Assembly (NCBI GenBank): GCA_963732385.1
Contig: CAVSZB010000005.1
Span: 352,001-416,000 of the forward strand
Direction of reading: 5' to 3'
Length of the DNA: 64,000 nt
DNA from: an uncultured bacterium
Lineage (GTDB): Bacteria; Krumholzibacteriota; Krumholzibacteriia; LZORAL124-64-63
Shown here: positions 18,715-27,932 of the stretch, piece by piece
Layout: each line of letters starts with the position of its first letter
Position numbering within the stretch: position 1 is the stretch's first letter
Made by a program: the position numbers and the translations under genes
The notes under the pieces: generated by a model
Databases searched by the model: none
What the model was told of the DNA's origin: nothing
What the model saw: only the letters and a program-made list of their open reading frames with translations

Positions 18715-21700
18715 TCATACTCCCACCGCAGCGGACTGCTCGTCCCGGCAGAACGGGAAGATCTCCGAGAACAGGTATTGCTCCCGGTTCGGACATGATT
18801 CCAAACATTTCCGGCAGATCGGCAGACTCGCATTGCCGGCGAGGAGTTCCTGCCGATAACCGCGTATCTGCGGGTGTTCGAGCCAAAGCTCCCTGAGGCT
18901 GGTCGACCAGACCTCCTCGGGGCGCGTGTAGGTTGTCTCTCCGGTAATATCGACACAGCAGAAGCAGACGGCTCCGTCGGAAAGGACGGATAACACCTTC
19001 CAGGGGGAGTCGCAGAAGCCCTTCCCGACCGGCAGGGCCGCGCCGGGCTGGGCGAAGCTGCTGAGGTTGGGATAGAGCCCGCCCTCCGCAAGCGGCTGAA
19101 GGACGAGTTCGAAGGTGCTGCCGTTCTCTTTGCGGTATTCGAACCTCTTGTGCATTTCGTCGCCGTCCCAGGCCTCCAGGCTTCCCATCTCCAGGCGACT
19201 GACAAGACCCGCGGCGAACTGCCTTTTCCTCCCGATCTCGGCCGGCCGGGCTCGTTCGAGGCCGCTGGTGTAGATCTTCATCGTCAGGCTCTGCCCGCTC
19301 TCGCCCGCCGCCCAATCCCGGACATAGCCCTCCAGCCGCGACACGTACTTCTCGAAACTCATGGGTGAGCGCAGCCCCAGCTCCTGCGGGCTGCAGGAGA
19401 TGTTGACGACGATGTTCATGTCGATGGGCAGGAATTCCGGCTTGAGATTGGAGCCGTTGGTCGCCAGGAAGATCTTGTGCCCGGCCCGGTTCGCCTCCAG
19501 CGCCAGTTCCGTGAACTGGGGGTGCAGGGTCGGCTCCCCGTCGACGTGGAGCCGCAGGGGCTGGCTCGTGATGTCTTTGAGCTGCGGCAGCAGGTGCCGG
19601 AACAGCTCGGGCGACATGAAGCTCTTCTGGCGTTTGGAGTCTGCGCTCCGGCAGTAGTGGCAGTGGAAGTTGCACCGTGAATTGAGTTCCAGCATGACCG
19701 TCGGGTTGGCCGCGAACCCCGCGAGCGCCGCTCTGTAAGCGGGTTCTTTCGCGTCGCCCTTGAAGCGGTATTCCCTGGCTTCGACAAAGGGGCGGGTCGC
19801 CGGCTTCCTGACGCGCGGAGCGATGGCTTTAAGTTCGGCGCGATCATCCGCGGTCTCGACCCGCAGGTTGGCGAACCGCAGGGCCAGCCTGCGCTCATCT
19901 CCGCCCTGGCCCCGCGACGACGGGGAAAACGACTGGGTGCTCTCAATGAGAATCTCGGTCTCGGGCGCCTCGAGTTCCAGCCTGACCTGTATCGTCTGGG
20001 CGCTGGCGGCAAAGGTGAAAGACTGGACGCTGGAGTCCCCGCCATAGACAAACACGTCGAAGGGGAATTGCGCGTACTGGCCGGCGATTCCGCAGCTCAG
20101 GTCGAAACAGACGGTCTCTCCCTTCGCCCGGTCAAGGACCTTGAAGCGTCCCTCGGGCCCCAGCCAGCGCCAGCTCCCTTCCAGGGGATGGAAGCCCTCG
20201 CCGAACACGACCCGGAGGGAGGATCCGTTCCCGGTCACCTCCGCCTGGTTCGATTCGGAATGACCCTGGATGATCTGTGCGATTTCACGCTGGTCATCGG
20301 GCTGCAGAACACGCAACCGATCGAGGCATGCCGCGGCCTCTGACTGCATCCCGTGCCTGAGCGCGAACCGGGCCGCGGTCTTGGCGATCCAGGCCGTCGC
20401 GGGCTCGAGCTTGTGGGCCAGCGCATAGCTTTCCCAGGCCAGCCGGGGCTGGCCGGCGTTTTCGAGCACCAGACCATAGTAGGCGCAGAGCAGCGCCCTC
20501 ATTCCGGCCGCCTTTCGCAGCACCTCGAGCCGGGACAGGGCTTCGGCGTGTCGCCCGGAGAAGGATTCCATCAACGCCAGGTTCAGCAGGAGAGACGCAT
20601 CCTGCGGCGCCGCCTGGAGGGCTTCCCGCAGGACCGCTTGCGCCAGATCGGCGGCGCCGGCCCCGTTTAGAGCAAGGGCCTGGGAGACCGCTTCGGCCGC
20701 CGCGACCTCCGGCGTGATCGGGTCGGAGAGGGCCGCCGCCTGCAGGCCGAGGGCCCCGGAGAAGGCAGGGTAGATGGCCCGGGCGCTGTGGCGGGTCTCG
20801 ATCAGCGCTTTGCCGGCGCAGGACACAGCTTCCCAGAGAGCCTGGTTCCGATACAGACGGAAGACGGCGTCAGCGGTCGTCGCCGGATCGTCGGCGATGA
20901 TGATGTCGCCGCCATCTGTCAAACCCATGCCCTCGGCGCCGAGGCGGGAGGTGACGGTGGGCAACCCCTGGGCCATGGCGCTGCAGATCTTGCCCTTCAG
21001 GCCCGCCCCGTAGCGGATGGGGGCCACGGAAACCCGCGCGCGGCGCAGGAAGGGGTCGACCTGCTCCACATGGCCGGTCACGATGATCCGGTCACCGGCC
21101 AACGCCCTGATCTGGGGCGGAGGGCTGTCACCGACGATATGCCAGCGCAGGTCCGGCAACTCATCCTTGAGCAGCGGCCAGACCGAGGCGTGGAAATACA
21201 TGACCGAATCCACATTGGACGGGTGGTTGTAGCCGCCCACGAAAACGATACCGTCCCGTTCGCTGAACCCCGGCGTCGCTGATTCCGGTCGGTAATAATT
21301 GGGCACGGCATGGACCCTGGCGGGGTCCAGGTAATGTTCCAGTTCGACCTTTTCCTGGCCGGTCGCGGTCAGGACCGCGTCGGCGTTACGGTAGGCCGCG
21401 AGCTCACGGGCCTTGTCGGAGCCGTAGGCCAGCCGCATGTCCGGGGCGCCTTCCAGCGCGAACTGGCGGGCCCGACGCAGGTAGTGCACATCGACCGAAT
21501 CGATGACGATCCGGGTCTTCGGGCTGCTCTCGCGGATGAAGGGTATGAAGGCCTCCGCCGTGTAATAAAACGGCAACAACGCGGCGGCGTAGGACCGCTG
21601 CGCCAGGATGACACGGAGATGCTCCAGCCCGGAGGCCTTGCCGTCCAGGGGGCAGACCTCTATCCCCATCCGGCGCATCCCGGCCAGGTAAGGGGCCAGA

Positions 21701-22707
21701 TCGGTGCCCTCGAACAAGTTCCCGTTCCGGCAGACGAAGGTGACATGGCTGCCGTTCTCCAGCAGCAGGCGCATCAGTTCGAGTATGCGCATCGCTCCCG
21801 AGGACCGGTCGTGGAGCGGGGGGATGTCGCAGGCCACCAGCACGGCACGAGAGCAATACCGGTCGATCTCGGCGGACAGGGAGCGGCGGTCGCAGGCCGG
21901 CAATCCGTGGGCGACAAGTTCACCCGCCCATTTGGCGGTGAATTTGGGCCGGTTGATCTCCTGAAAGCGTTTGTACCCCGACAACTCGTCGGTTCCCGCC
22001 GTGCCCCCTTCATGATGCTCAACCACGGCTTCCGGCTGATAGACCACCTTGAGCCCGGCCTTGCGGACCGCGAAGCAGAGGTCGGTATCCTCGAAATAGG
22101 CCGGGGCGTAGCGCTCGTCGAACCCGCCGAGCCTGCGGAACAGCTCGGCGCGCACCAGCAGGCAGGCCCCGGAAACATAATCGACTTCCCGCACATAGTT
22201 GAACTCCGGCAGGGAGGGGTCCTGCCATTTGCCGAAATTGCAGCCGCTCCCGTCCCGGAAGACGATGCCCCCGGCTTCCTGCAGCCGCCCGTCCGGATAA
22301 ACGAGCTTCGCTCCGACCACGCCGACGCCGGGATCCTGTTCCGGCAGGCGGACGAGAGCCTCCAGCCAGCCGGCCCGGGGCCGGGTGTCGTTGTTGAGCA
22401 GGACCAGGTACTTTCCCCGGGCGACGACGGCGGCCTGATTGTTACCGCCGACGAACCCGAGATTCCTGTCGTTTGTGAGCAGATCGATGCGGGGCGAGGA
22501 ACGTTCCTGGCGCAGCTCCATGAGGTACGTATGCGTTTCGTCGCTGGAGGCATTGTCGATGATGATGAGCTCATAGAGGTCGGCGGGGGTCGTTTCAAGA
22601 AGCCGCCGAATGCAGGCGCGGGTGAGCTCCACCTTGTTGCAGCACAGGACTACGATGCTCACGAGGGGGGCGGAGCCGGAAGGAACGCCCGTGGTATTGC
22701 CTGTCAT
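18715..22707 (-). CDS. Multidomain GT2 + GT4 + TPR + radical SAM/SPASM-twitch fusion
   Basis: GT2 (DNASSD, NLGF..GNN, LNND, YFEDTDLC), GT4-like (FVGGYNH.SNVD, GAGLKGK, GLPTVT), TPR-like helices, CNFHCHYC, C-terminal CDSPW..CFCC..CRKC. Confidence 0.85.
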   Translation of the reverse strand: MTGNTTGVPSGSAPLVSIVVLCCNKVELTRACIRRLLETTPADLYELIIIDNASSDETHTYLMELRQERSSPRIDLLTNDRNLGFVGGNNQAAVVARGKYLVLLNNDTRPRAGWLEALVRLPEQDPGVGVVGAKLVYPDGRLQEAGGIVFRDGSGCNFGKWQDPSLPEFNYVREVDYVSGACLLVRAELFRRLGGFDERYAPAYFEDTDLCFAVRKAGLKVVYQPEAVVEHHEGGTAGTDELSGYKRFQEINRPKFTAKWAGELVAHGLPACDRRSLSAEIDRYCSRAVLVACDIPPLHDRSSGAMRILELMRLLLENGSHVTFVCRNGNLFEGTDLAPYLAGMRRMGIEVCPLDGKASGLEHLRVILAQRSYAAALLPFYYTAEAFIPFIRESSPKTRIVIDSVDVHYLRRARQFALEGAPDMRLAYGSDKARELAAYRNADAVLTATGQEKVELEHYLDPARVHAVPNYYRPESATPGFSERDGIVFVGGYNHPSNVDSVMYFHASVWPLLKDELPDLRWHIVGDSPPPQIRALAGDRIIVTGHVEQVDPFLRRARVSVAPIRYGAGLKGKICSAMAQGLPTVTSRLGAEGMGLTDGGDIIIADDPATTADAVFRLYRNQALWEAVSCAGKALIETRHSARAIYPAFSGALGLQAAALSDPITPEVAAAEAVSQALALNGAGAADLAQAVLREALQAAPQDASLLLNLALMESFSGRHAEALSRLEVLRKAAGMRALLCAYYGLVLENAGQPRLAWESYALAHKLEPATAWIAKTAARFALRHGMQSEAAACLDRLRVLQPDDQREIAQIIQGHSESNQAEVTGNGSSLRVVFGEGFHPLEGSWRWLGPEGRFKVLDRAKGETVCFDLSCGIAGQYAQFPFDVFVYGGDSSVQSFTFAASAQTIQVRLELEAPETEILIESTQSFSPSSRGQGGDERRLALRFANLRVETADDRAELKAIAPRVRKPATRPFVEAREYRFKGDAKEPAYRAALAGFAANPTVMLELNSRCNFHCHYCRSADSKRQKSFMSPELFRHLLPQLKDITSQPLRLHVDGEPTLHPQFTELALEANRAGHKIFLATNGSNLKPEFLPIDMNIVVNISCSPQELGLRSPMSFEKYVSRLEGYVRDWAAGESGQSLTMKIYTSGLERARPAEIGRKRQFAAGLVSRLEMGSLEAWDGDEMHKRFEYRKENGSTFELVLQPLAEGGLYPNLSSFAQPGAALPVGKGFCDSPWKVLSVLSDGAVCFCCVDITGETTYTRPEEVWSTSLRELWLEHPQIRGYRQELLAGNASLPICRKCLESCPNREQYLFSEIFPFCRDEQSAAVGV

Positions 22708-22732
22708 TATGGACCTCTCTGAAGATACGCAA

Positions 22733-24268
22733 TCAGTTCAGGATTTCGACTCCGCTGAAGAGCAGGGACAGCCGCCGCGAATCGGTCGAGCTCCCGGCGT
22801 CGGAGGGTTTGAACCATGAGCCGGCGGTGAAACGGATCCGTGCGTCCTGGCGGCCGGGATGCAGGGGCATGCGGAGGATCACCTCGGGACGGCTCCCCCC
22901 GAGCGTGAAGGACTGCACCGGCACATCGTTGTAGTGGACGGAGACGGTCTGCACCGGGGCCGGCGTCTGCCCGGGGCGGGGGCCGGCGACCCGCAGGGAG
23001 AGGGTCCTCCCCGACAGGAGCTGGCCGGAAGCGATCTGGAGCTCTCCTTCCGGTCCCATCCAGCGGGTTCCGTTTTCCTGGGCATGGAACCCGCGGGTGA
23101 ACCGGATGCTCTCGGCCTCCCCTTCGACGGACGAAACGACCGTCAACCCGCTGCAGAGCACGGACAGCAGGCGCGCGTCTTCAGCGGAGGCCGGCGCGCA
23201 ATCGCTCGAGACGAGCCTGATGCAGGCTTCGTGGAGACCGGGGTATAGCGGCAGCATGACGGTCGCGGTCTCGGTCTCACCGGAAAAATCGACGGTCTCC
23301 ACCAGCATATCGTTGTAGTAGATGCGGGTGGTGAGCGCGCCGGAGGGAAGTCCGGCCAGGTTGGGGCAGGCAAGCTGAAAAGAGACGGCCTGTCCCGGCA
23401 AAAGGAGCCGGGCGTGGACATGGAGGACACCCTCCGGGCCCACCCAGCGATGGCCATTGTCGTCTGCGAAAAATCCGGGCCCGAACGCAACGCCGTCGGG
23501 CCCCTGCGCGCACGGCGGCGTGAACAGCAGCCGGACCTCCGGGGAGGCTCCCGCGCGGCCCGGCCGGGACTGTCGGTAGACCCCGGTATACACGAGTTGG
23601 GTGGCGCACAGTTCCGGGACCTCCTCCGGTTCCAGGTCGTGCACCGAAATGTTGTCGTTGACGAGCATGGACCCGGTGAAACGGGTATCGGGGCCGACTT
23701 CGCCCAGATACGTGATCCTCCGGCAGACGACATCCTGCGTCTCCAGGAAGCCGAGGAACTGGCGCTGCGTGAAAAAGCGCAGGTGGGTGCGGTCGAGGAT
23801 GCCCTCAGCCTGATATTCCCAGCGACCGTCATGCAGCAGACCGCGCATCAACTCGATGTTGCGGATGTTCGGGAGGCTCACGATCAGCGTGCCGCCCGGC
23901 CTGAGGAAGTCCAGCAGCCGGTGCGTCGTGGCCCAGGGGTCTTTCAGGTGTTCCAGGATGTCCGCGAGAATGATGCAGTCGAACCGGGCCGCCGCGAAGG
24001 GCGCTTCGAACGCCTCCACATCGACCTGGTGCACGGCATCGAGGACTCTGGCCGCTTCATGCGCCGCGGCGGCGTCGAGTTCGATGCCGGTCACGGTCCT
24101 GCCCGGGACCTCCCGCTTGAGCCGCTCGCCCAGGCGCCCGGTCCCGCAGCCCACATCGAGGATGCAGAGCGCGGACAACGGGACCTCGGCGGCGATCTCC
24201 GGTCGGGAGTGCGAGAAGTAATCTTCGCCGTCCACACCGGATGCGGCGGTCACCGGAGCCTGGATCAT
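22733..24268 (-). CDS. Class I SAM-dependent methyltransferase with two C-terminal beta-sandwich-like modules
   Basis: LDVGCGTG, DILEHLKDP, SLPNI, GILDRTHLRFFT (typical of methyltransferases in glycan loci). Confidence 0.88.
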   Translation of the reverse strand: MIQAPVTAASGVDGEDYFSHSRPEIAAEVPLSALCILDVGCGTGRLGERLKREVPGRTVTGIELDAAAAHEAARVLDAVHQVDVEAFEAPFAAARFDCIILADILEHLKDPWATTHRLLDFLRPGGTLIVSLPNIRNIELMRGLLHDGRWEYQAEGILDRTHLRFFTQRQFLGFLETQDVVCRRITYLGEVGPDTRFTGSMLVNDNISVHDLEPEEVPELCATQLVYTGVYRQSRPGRAGASPEVRLLFTPPCAQGPDGVAFGPGFFADDNGHRWVGPEGVLHVHARLLLPGQAVSFQLACPNLAGLPSGALTTRIYYNDMLVETVDFSGETETATVMLPLYPGLHEACIRLVSSDCAPASAEDARLLSVLCSGLTVVSSVEGEAESIRFTRGFHAQENGTRWMGPEGELQIASGQLLSGRTLSLRVAGPRPGQTPAPVQTVSVHYNDVPVQSFTLGGSRPEVILRMPLHPGRQDARIRFTAGSWFKPSDAGSSTDSRRLSLLFSGVEILN

Positions 24269-24538
24269 CGCGTCCGCTTTCCCTTCCGGCCGGCCCCTTC
24301 CGGGACAATGCCGCCCTTCCGGCCGCAAGGCGCGTGCCCGTACGTCGGGCGCACCCGGGTCGATACGGCACCGCCGGCCCCCTTTCCGGCGCCGCCTCAA
24401 AACGACGCAATTCGGGCGCGGATCGGCCCCTCGGCGGCAACCGGGAGGTAATTGAAAGGTGGATGCCGATGCGGCTGGTGCGCCGCGCCGACCGGGACCG
24501 GGCCCGCGCTGGCAGGAAGCGGAACAGGAAGTGGACGA

Positions 24539-24640
24539 TTACCGGGCGACCCGCACCAGCGTCTTTTTGATCTCGATTTTCAGCTTGTGGGCGGTGATCA
24601 GGGTGGGAATGATGAACCGCGGCAGGAGACTTCGGGTCAC
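24539..24640 (-). CDS. Possible 33-aa small protein
   Basis: GTG..TAA ORF MTRSLLPRFIIPTLITAHKLKIEIKKTLVRVAR with strongly GC3-biased codons; RBS weak. Confidence 0.3.
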   Translation of the reverse strand: MTRSLLPRFIIPTLITAHKLKIEIKKTLVRVAR

Positions 24641-24916
24641 CTGGCGACCTGGTCGGCCTGCGGTTCCATCAGTGTGGCCAGCTGACGGCCAGGGGCTACG
24701 GGCACAGCCTGCGCCGCGATCCCCGGACCGGCGCAGCGTCATTCCGGCCCCCGGTCGGGCCAAAAATATCGTGCAATGACGGCATTTCCTGTGCTATAGT
24801 CACCGCCTTGTTCATTATCAACCTCGCTAGCTTCGCCCCGCGATACTGCCGCTGCTCTCTCCTCGCCACGCAGCCCCAGGCGCGTTGTTTGTTTGTTTGC
24901 ACCACAGGGGAACAGC

Positions 24917-25576
24917 ATGCTCAGATTTGCGAAGGCGCTCCTGCCAATTCTGGCGATCGGGGCCCTGTTGGCTCCGGTGTCCGTCCCGGCACAGTTGAGT
25001 TCGGAATATTTCGACGGCGACGTGGTCCTGAACACCGTTCTGTCCGACTCGCTTTTCGTTGCGGAGGGGCGGGTCGGCGATCTGGATTCCCCGTCGTTGT
25101 ATGAGCTGAGTCTGGGAATCAGCACGTCCGCCCCGGCGATGACGGCGCAGTTCACCTGGGTCAGTGGCGTGGCGTATCCGTTCTCGCTGAGCTTCGACCT
25201 CCTGTCGCGGATCGCCACCTTCACGGTCGGCGACCAGACAATGACTTTCACGTCGGAATACACCGCCTTCGACGCGATCTTCATCCGGACCCGGGCCGCG
25301 TTGCCCGGATCGTCCATCGGTCTCTACGACCTGATGATCGACGGCATTCCTGTGCCGGGCACCTCGGTCGAGAGCGGCCCGGACGGACTGATGCTCATGC
25401 AGATCTACGGCCCGCCGCTGTATGACGGGTTCACGCTGAGCGGTACGACAAAGCTGACCTGGGAAAGCGTGTTGCCGAAGAAATCGCAACTCTGCTTCCA
25501 GATCTTCACCGCCAACATGCTGGTTGTCGGGAACGAGGACCAGAGCTGGAGCCAGGTGAAGAACCTGTTCCGCTGA
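24917..25576 (+). CDS. Secreted protein with C-terminal 'SWSQVKNLFR' putative sorting motif
   Basis: Signal peptide, beta-rich body, ends VVGNEDQSWSQVKNLFR; AGGGG RBS. Confidence 0.75.
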   Translation: MLRFAKALLPILAIGALLAPVSVPAQLSSEYFDGDVVLNTVLSDSLFVAEGRVGDLDSPSLYELSLGISTSAPAMTAQFTWVSGVAYPFSLSFDLLSRIATFTVGDQTMTFTSEYTAFDAIFIRTRAALPGSSIGLYDLMIDGIPVPGTSVESGPDGLMLMQIYGPPLYDGFTLSGTTKLTWESVLPKKSQLCFQIFTANMLVVGNEDQSWSQVKNLFR

Positions 25577-25598
25577 TATGGAGTGACCCTGTGTCAAG

Positions 25599-25630
25599 GG
25601 CCGCTTTCCTGCGGGGAGGCGGCCGTTTTG
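25599..25630 (+). terminator. Rho-independent terminator
   Basis: GGCCGCTTTCC-TGC-GGGGAGGCGGCC followed by GTTTTG. Confidence 0.6.
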
Positions 25631-25909
25631 TCTCCAGCGCGTGCGCGCCGCTGCTATACGAGACCTCGACGGAATGGCCCACTCCGACTGAACTGCTCGC
25701 GTCGGACCTGCGGTACGTGACAGGTAACGAACTGCGACTGGCGGGCTTGGGATCGTTCCAGGTGACCGTGGGAGCGCATCGCCTGATTAATCCCGTGCCT
25801 CGCCGGTTACTTGCCGGTACACTCGCGGCCGCCTCCCCGTTGCGGGGATCGGCAACCGTACGGGTGCCGCCGCCTAACGGCCGCGTCAGCCCTTCCGCAA
25901 GGAGATTCC

Positions 25910-26935
25910 ATGAGCGATGACAACGACTTCCAGGGACCTCCGCGCCCGCAGATGCCCCGGATCGAAATACCCAACTTCATCCTGCCCAACATCAAGCCCC
26001 GCCTCGTGCAGAACCTGCTGGGCGCGTTCGTCGTGGCGGCCATGCTGGTGTCGGGCTTCTACACCATCGATCCGGAAGAAGCGGGCCTGGTCCAGCGCTT
26101 CGGCAAGTACGTGCGCATCAGCGAGCCCGGGCTGCACTTCAAGGCTCCGCTGGGCATCGAAACCGTGCGCAAGGTGCCGATCCAGCGCCAGCTCAAGGAG
26201 GAGTTCGGCTTCCGCACGGTGCGGGCGGACATCCAGACCGAGTATTCGACCAAGTCGTTCCTCGAGGAATCGAGCATGCTGACCGGCGACCTGAACGCGG
26301 CGCTGGTCGAGTGGGTCGTCCAGTACCGTATCGTCGATCCCTACAAGTACCTGTTCCAGGTGCGCAGCGTGCAGGAGACGTTCCGCGACATGAGCGAGGC
26401 CGTCTCCCGACGCGTGGTCGGCGACCGCACCGTCAACGAAGTGCTGACCGTCGGCCGCGCCGAGGTGGCCGCGCAGATCCAGGTCGAGCTGCAGGAACTG
26501 TGCAACCAGTACGAGACCGGCATCAGCGTCGATCAGGTCGTGCTGCAGGACATCAACCCGCCCGACCCGGTCAAGCCCTCCTTCAACGCCGTCAACGAAG
26601 CCCAGCAGGAGAAGGAAAAACTGATCAACCAGGCGCAATCCGAATACAACCGCGAAATTCCCAAGGCCAGCGGCGAGGCGCAGCAGACGGTGCAGGAAGC
26701 CGAAGGCTACGCCTTGAATCGCGTCAATCGCGCCCAGGGCGACGCCTCCCTGTTCAACGCCATGTTCGAGGAGTACCGCAAGGCGCCGGAGGTGACGCGT
26801 CAGCGCATCTACCTGGAAACCATGGCGCAGGTGCTGCCGCAGGTGCGCCGCAAGGTGATCGTCGACGACCAGCTGCGCAGCGTGTTGCCGCTGCTGAATT
26901 TGGACAACACGGCAACCGGCCGGGGAGGCAAGTAA
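25910..26935 (+). CDS. hflK: FtsH protease modulator HflK
   Basis: SPFH domain, MLTGDLN, VQYRI, A+G+A..F..EYRKAPEVTRQRIYLET. Confidence 0.95.
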   Translation: MSDDNDFQGPPRPQMPRIEIPNFILPNIKPRLVQNLLGAFVVAAMLVSGFYTIDPEEAGLVQRFGKYVRISEPGLHFKAPLGIETVRKVPIQRQLKEEFGFRTVRADIQTEYSTKSFLEESSMLTGDLNAALVEWVVQYRIVDPYKYLFQVRSVQETFRDMSEAVSRRVVGDRTVNEVLTVGRAEVAAQIQVELQELCNQYETGISVDQVVLQDINPPDPVKPSFNAVNEAQQEKEKLINQAQSEYNREIPKASGEAQQTVQEAEGYALNRVNRAQGDASLFNAMFEEYRKAPEVTRQRIYLETMAQVLPQVRRKVIVDDQLRSVLPLLNLDNTATGRGGK

Positions 26936-26936
26936 C

Positions 26937-27872
26937 ATGAAGAAGCTCCCATTCGTCCTGGTCGGTCTGGCGTTCATCGTGGTTTTGATGTCGGCGTATG
27001 TCGTGCAGGAGCCCGAGCAGGTCATCCTGACCCAGTTCGGCAAGCCAGCGGGCCCGCCCATCTCTTCGCCGGGCCTGAAATTCAAGACGCCCCTGATTCA
27101 GAAAGTGCACCGCTTCGAAAAGCGGTACCTGGAGTGGGACGGTAATCCGAACCAGTTGCCCACGCGCGACAAACGGTTCATCTGGGTCAATACCTATGCG
27201 CGGTGGCGCATCACCGATCCTCTGCTGTTCTTCCAGCGCCTGCACAACGAACGCGGCGCGCAGACGCGGCTGGACGATATCCTGGACGGCGAGACACGCA
27301 ACGCCATTGCCAAATACGATCTGGTGCAGCTGGTGCGCACGACCAACCGTGACGCCGTGCGCACCGAGGGCGAGCTCAGCGACGAATCGACGCTGACCGT
27401 GATCGCCGAAGGACGCAACGACATCCGCCAGGAGATCCTGACCAATGCGCGGGCCCGCACGACTGACCTGGGCCTGGAGATCCTGGACATCGAATTCAAA
27501 CGCATCAATTACGTGGAAGACGTGCAGAGGAAGGTCTATGAGCGGATGATCGCCGAGCGCCAGCGTGTGGCCGACCGCTTCCGCAGCGAAGGCCAGGGCG
27601 AAGCCTTCCGCATCCGCGGCGAAAAGGACCGCGAACTGCTGCGCATCAGTTCGGAGGCCTACCGGCAGGCGCAGGAGATCAAGGGCGCGGCCGACGCGCG
27701 CGCCACGGCGATCTACGCCAGCGCCTACAACAGAACAGCAGACTCGCGAACTTTCTACGAGTTCCTCAAGACCATGCAGGCGTACACCACGACCCTCGAC
27801 AGCACCAGCACGCTGGTCCTGTCGACGGATGCGGACTTTTACCGCTACCTGAAATCGGGAAGCGGCAAATGA
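26937..27872 (+). CDS. hflC: FtsH protease modulator HflC
   Basis: TQFGKP, PGLKFK, RWRITDPL, RMIAERQ..A.RFRSEG; follows hflK. Confidence 0.95.
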   Translation: MKKLPFVLVGLAFIVVLMSAYVVQEPEQVILTQFGKPAGPPISSPGLKFKTPLIQKVHRFEKRYLEWDGNPNQLPTRDKRFIWVNTYARWRITDPLLFFQRLHNERGAQTRLDDILDGETRNAIAKYDLVQLVRTTNRDAVRTEGELSDESTLTVIAEGRNDIRQEILTNARARTTDLGLEILDIEFKRINYVEDVQRKVYERMIAERQRVADRFRSEGQGEAFRIRGEKDRELLRISSEAYRQAQEIKGAADARATAIYASAYNRTADSRTFYEFLKTMQAYTTTLDSTSTLVLSTDADFYRYLKSGSGK

Positions 27873-27932
27873 CGGGCGCCCGTTGCCCCTCCCAATAACT
27901 CCGTCCGCCCCGCCTCCGGCCGGGCTTGGAAC

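Noticed and set aside
24771..24800. Sigma-54 promoter CGGCAT-N5-GTGCT upstream of the SWSQVK protein
   Set aside because: GG-N10-GC spacing fits but the match is imperfect and overlaps an equally plausible sigma-70 -10 (TATAGT); cannot discriminate
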